A DNA stretch of 24,000 nucleotides from Flavobacteriaceae bacterium (GTDB lineage: Bacteria; Bacteroidota; Bacteroidia; Flavobacteriales; Flavobacteriaceae): NCBI GenBank assembly GCA_028284745.1, contig JANQRC010000015.1:16113-40112 (forward strand). Direction: 5' to 3'. Positions 21,953 to 24,000 of the stretch are shown here, in pieces; within the stretch, counting starts at the first letter, position 1; each line of letters starts with the position of its first letter. Made by a program: the position numbers and the translations under genes. The notes beneath the pieces are model-generated. The model did not search any database. It was not told the DNA's origin and saw only the letters and a list, made by a program, of their open reading frames with translations.

Positions 21953-22393
21953 TCAACTCACCTCTTCCGTAAGAAGGTGTCCTCGCACAAACACCTTGCA
22001 ATACGCTTTTATCTCTTCTCTAGTAGCCTGAAAAGCCTCATGTATCTCTTGCTCATCTTTTGTCTTTAACTTTGATGGGTCGCTGAAGTTACGATGAAGT
22101 CTTACCGCATTCGGTGCAGGAATGAACGGGCAGTTTTCATTGGCATGGTCGCAGACGGTGATGATAAAATCAAAATCGACCTTACCAAGGTACTCATCCA
22201 CATGGTTTGATGTGTGTCGAGCTATGTCTATCCCATCTTGTATCATGATGGCAACAGCGCGAGGATTGACTCCATGCGTTTCAATCCCGGCACTGTACAC
22301 ATTCGCTTTGTTGGCCGCAAAATGCGCTAAGTATCCATGTGCTATCTGACTTCTGCATGAGTTCCCTGTACAAAGGACCAATATATTCTTCAT
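21953..22393 (-). CDS. arsC: Arsenate reductase, thioredoxin-coupled LMW-PTP type
   Basis: It has the P-loop CTGNSCRSQ (CX5R) and the downstream cysteine pair TVCDHANENCP, equivalent to Cys82/Cys89 of the pI258 ArsC. Confidence 0.9.
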   Translation of the reverse strand: MKNILVLCTGNSCRSQIAHGYLAHFAANKANVYSAGIETHGVNPRAVAIMIQDGIDIARHTSNHVDEYLGKVDFDFIITVCDHANENCPFIPAPNAVRLHRNFSDPSKLKTKDEQEIHEAFQATREEIKAYCKVFVRGHLLTEEVS

Positions 22394-22408
22394 TAGATCT
22401 CTGGTATT

Positions 22409-22894
22409 TTAACAACAGCCACTCCCCGGAGAGCAACTAGCTACTCCTACTTCCTGTGCTTCAGAAGCCCCGCAAGTCTCCTTTGCTTTGCAGTCTGTCT
22501 TTTCAACGGCTAAATTAATGGTCAATTGTTTCCCCTTGATTTCGTAATCGTTAACAAACAGTTGCGCTGTGTGAAAATGATCGTTACCATATTCAAACTT
22601 GAGCTCGGCATGAGGGTCCATGGGGTGCATATGCTCTGCCTTCATTAAAATTGATGTTGCCTTGTAAACGGTCATGAACTCTGTCTTGCCAATCTCTGAA
22701 GGGCTCTCCCACAGTTGTACTATGGTCTCGTTCCAGTTGTGTGTTCTACCGCCGCAATCCACTGAATCTACACGAATGTTCTTCACCTCGGTGATGTGGT
22801 AATTGGCACCCACTAGTTTGTTTGGCTGATATTGGAACAACAAGGACTTATCTTGATGCGCTTTCAATACGTGAATGAATTCGGATGTTCTCAT
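22409..22894 (-). CDS. DUF6428-like protein of ars operons with a cysteine-rich C-terminal tail
   Basis: The 161-aa protein is encoded between arsR and arsC. The sequence (...ANYHITEVKN...CGG...NETIVQLW...) fits my memory of DUF6428. The tail is CKAKETCGASEAQEVGVASCSPGSGCC. Confidence 0.6.
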   Translation of the reverse strand: MRTSEFIHVLKAHQDKSLLFQYQPNKLVGANYHITEVKNIRVDSVDCGGRTHNWNETIVQLWESPSEIGKTEFMTVYKATSILMKAEHMHPMDPHAELKFEYGNDHFHTAQLFVNDYEIKGKQLTINLAVEKTDCKAKETCGASEAQEVGVASCSPGSGCC

Positions 22895-22904
22895 GTTCGA
22901 TATT

Positions 22905-23237
22905 TTATTTACAACAGCTCACCTGAGCCTTTACAAAAAAGTCATTGAGAAGACGGCGACACTGGTTCAAACGATCGACGTCCACACAATAGCAAATGCT
23001 CTTGCCTTCTATTTCGCCCGAGATGATCCCTAATTTCTTGAGCTCGGACAGGTGTTGAGAAACGGTAGCTTGGGCCAAGCCCACTTCTTCTACGATATCA
23101 TTGCAGATGCAACCTTCTTGAGCGCTGATATATTGTAGGATGGCAACTCTGGCAGGATGCCCCAAGGCCTTGAACACCCTGGCCAGTTCATTTTGTTTTT
23201 CATCGAAGATCTGTGTCTTGGTAATTCCCATGGCCAT
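22905..23237 (-). CDS. arsR: ArsR/SmtB family metalloregulator
   Basis: It is a winged HTH protein (ALGHPARVAILQYI...VSQHLSELKKLGII). It has a CxC motif at the alpha3 position (EGCICNDIV) and a C-terminal SCC. Confidence 0.9.
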   Translation of the reverse strand: MAMGITKTQIFDEKQNELARVFKALGHPARVAILQYISAQEGCICNDIVEEVGLAQATVSQHLSELKKLGIISGEIEGKSICYCVDVDRLNQCRRLLNDFFVKAQVSCCK

Positions 23238-23244
23238 TATTTAT

Positions 23245-23256
23245 ATATTGCAATAT
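23245..23256. promoter_or_regulatory. Perfect 12-bp palindrome ATATTGCAATAT upstream of arsR, a candidate ArsR operator overlapping a near-consensus -7 box
   Basis: The palindrome is centred 13-14 nt upstream of the arsR ATG. The minus strand reads TAATATTG, one mismatch from TAnnTTTG. Confidence 0.4.
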
Positions 23257-23274
23257 TACGATAATAAACTGTGA

Positions 23275-23304
23275 TAAAAAAGCCTAACTGTAAAAAAGTT
23301 AGGC
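23275..23304 (-). terminator. Rho-independent terminator of the TM2-domain gene
   Basis: GCCTAACT (23282-23289) pairs with AGTTAGGC (23297-23304). The plus-strand A-run at 23275-23281 gives a T-run after the hairpin on the minus strand. Confidence 0.7.
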
Positions 23305-23314
23305 CTTCAATACT

Positions 23315-23692
23315 TTAGAGCCAAGGTTTCTTACCCACTTGGTAGGTATTATAGAATTCTTCATCCGACTTGGTAAGGTACATGATACCTTCTATCAAGC
23401 CAACTATTGCGACGATCGTAGTCGGGATTCCGCAGAGAAACCATCCCAGCAAACTTATCGCCAGCATGATCACGCCTTCTTTGGTATATCCCAGGATGAA
23501 CTTATGCACACCTGCCCAACCCAATACGATGCCTAATATGCCTGCAAGTAGTTTTTTATTCTCGCCACTGTCAAACGCTTCTTTGGCACTTTCGGCAAAT
23601 TCGTTCACGGTTTCCTTGGCTTCTTCGGCGAAGTCTTTTGCCTTATCTTCAAGATCTTTGTTCTCTTCTGTGTTGTTGTTTTCTTCAGACAT
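23315..23692 (-). CDS. TM2 domain-containing membrane protein with an acidic/lysine-rich N-terminal tail
   Basis: LAGILGIVLGWAGVHKFILGY is the TM2 signature, and a second TM helix follows. The protein is 125 aa. Confidence 0.7.
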   Translation of the reverse strand: MSEENNNTEENKDLEDKAKDFAEEAKETVNEFAESAKEAFDSGENKKLLAGILGIVLGWAGVHKFILGYTKEGVIMLAISLLGWFLCGIPTTIVAIVGLIEGIMYLTKSDEEFYNTYQVGKKPWL

Positions 23693-23740
23693 GGTTGGTT
23701 TTTTTTAATTAGAAGGCCTAAAGTACTAAATATTTCAATT

Positions 23741-24000
23741 TCAAAGAAATGCTGAGTCGACAGGTTCCCATAATTCTAGTTTGTTCCCTTCTGGATCGAG
23801 AATCCACCCGAATTTTCCGTAATCGTACTCTTCGATCTCGCCAACGACCGTAACCCCCTCTTCTTTCAAAGCTGTTAATAACTCAACCAAATTCTCGACT
23901 CTGAAATTCATCATGAACTGCTTCTCGCTTGGCTGAAAGTATTGGGTGTCTTGCTTGAAAGGACTCCATTGCGTACTGCAATCCTTGCCTTCTTTGTCCT
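23741..24000 (-). CDS. VOC (glyoxalase/bleomycin-resistance) family protein, C-terminal part (the 5' end lies beyond the window end)
   Basis: Absent from the ORF track because it is truncated. The reverse-strand translation ends ...EKQFMMNFRVENLVELLTALKEEGVTVVGEIEEYDYGKFGWILDPEGNKLELWEPVDSAFL, with the stop at 23741-23743. The motif G.F..I.DPEGN..EL is the typical VOC C-terminus. Confidence 0.7.
   Translation of the reverse strand, partial: DKEGKDCSTQWSPFKQDTQYFQPSEKQFMMNFRVENLVELLTALKEEGVTVVGEIEEYDYGKFGWILDPEGNKLELWEPVDSAFL

Noticed and set aside
1-24000. Possibility that the window is a mobile or defence island (CRISPR, toxin-antitoxin, integrase, transposase, phage genes, tRNA attachment site)
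   Set aside because: I could not find direct-repeat arrays, tRNA-like sequences, recombinase or transposase ORFs, or flanking long repeats. By eye, composition and codon usage look uniform, and the gene content is core metabolism and DNA/RNA housekeeping. The only accessory-looking units are the ars operon and the GTPase/kinase operon.

Overview
This window looks like a chromosomal, mostly housekeeping region from a gliding member of the Bacteroidota, probably Flavobacteriia. Three things support that: the gldD-gldE-ssb-mutY synteny, repeated TAnnTTTG -7 promoter boxes, and A/T-rich leaders with no Shine-Dalgarno sequence. I found no rRNA, tRNA, CRISPR array, transposase or integrase. Gene content, left to right: gldD (partial), gldE, ssb and mutY on the minus strand. 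Then HU, an unlisted 30-aa ultra-basic peptide, RNase G and recX on the plus strand. Next come a JmjC/cupin protein and a split biotin cluster: bioB and a FabF-like ketoacyl synthase, then an opposite-strand Coa1-like gene, then bioA-bioD-bioF. After that are a TerB-like gene, a four-gene GTPase/kinase operon, fbp, a GNAT gene with aspartate kinase, an OlsF-like bifunctional acyltransferase, an arsR-DUF6428-arsC operon, a TM2 protein and a partial VOC/glyoxalase gene. The best candidate for an undescribed system is the operon at 13950-17184. It encodes two coiled-coil proteins of no family I can name, a Rab-like small GTPase lacking the switch II glutamine, and a cytoplasmic hybrid histidine kinase/receiver, all translationally coupled. 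Secondary points of interest are the catalytically intact KAS I/II-like gene inside a biotin cluster with no recognisable pimelate genes, the small basic (bS22-like?) peptide, a G-rich hairpin repeat family at the bio gene junctions, candidate operators, and an ars operon without an efflux pump. All calls rest on reading the translations and sequence by eye. No database search was run.
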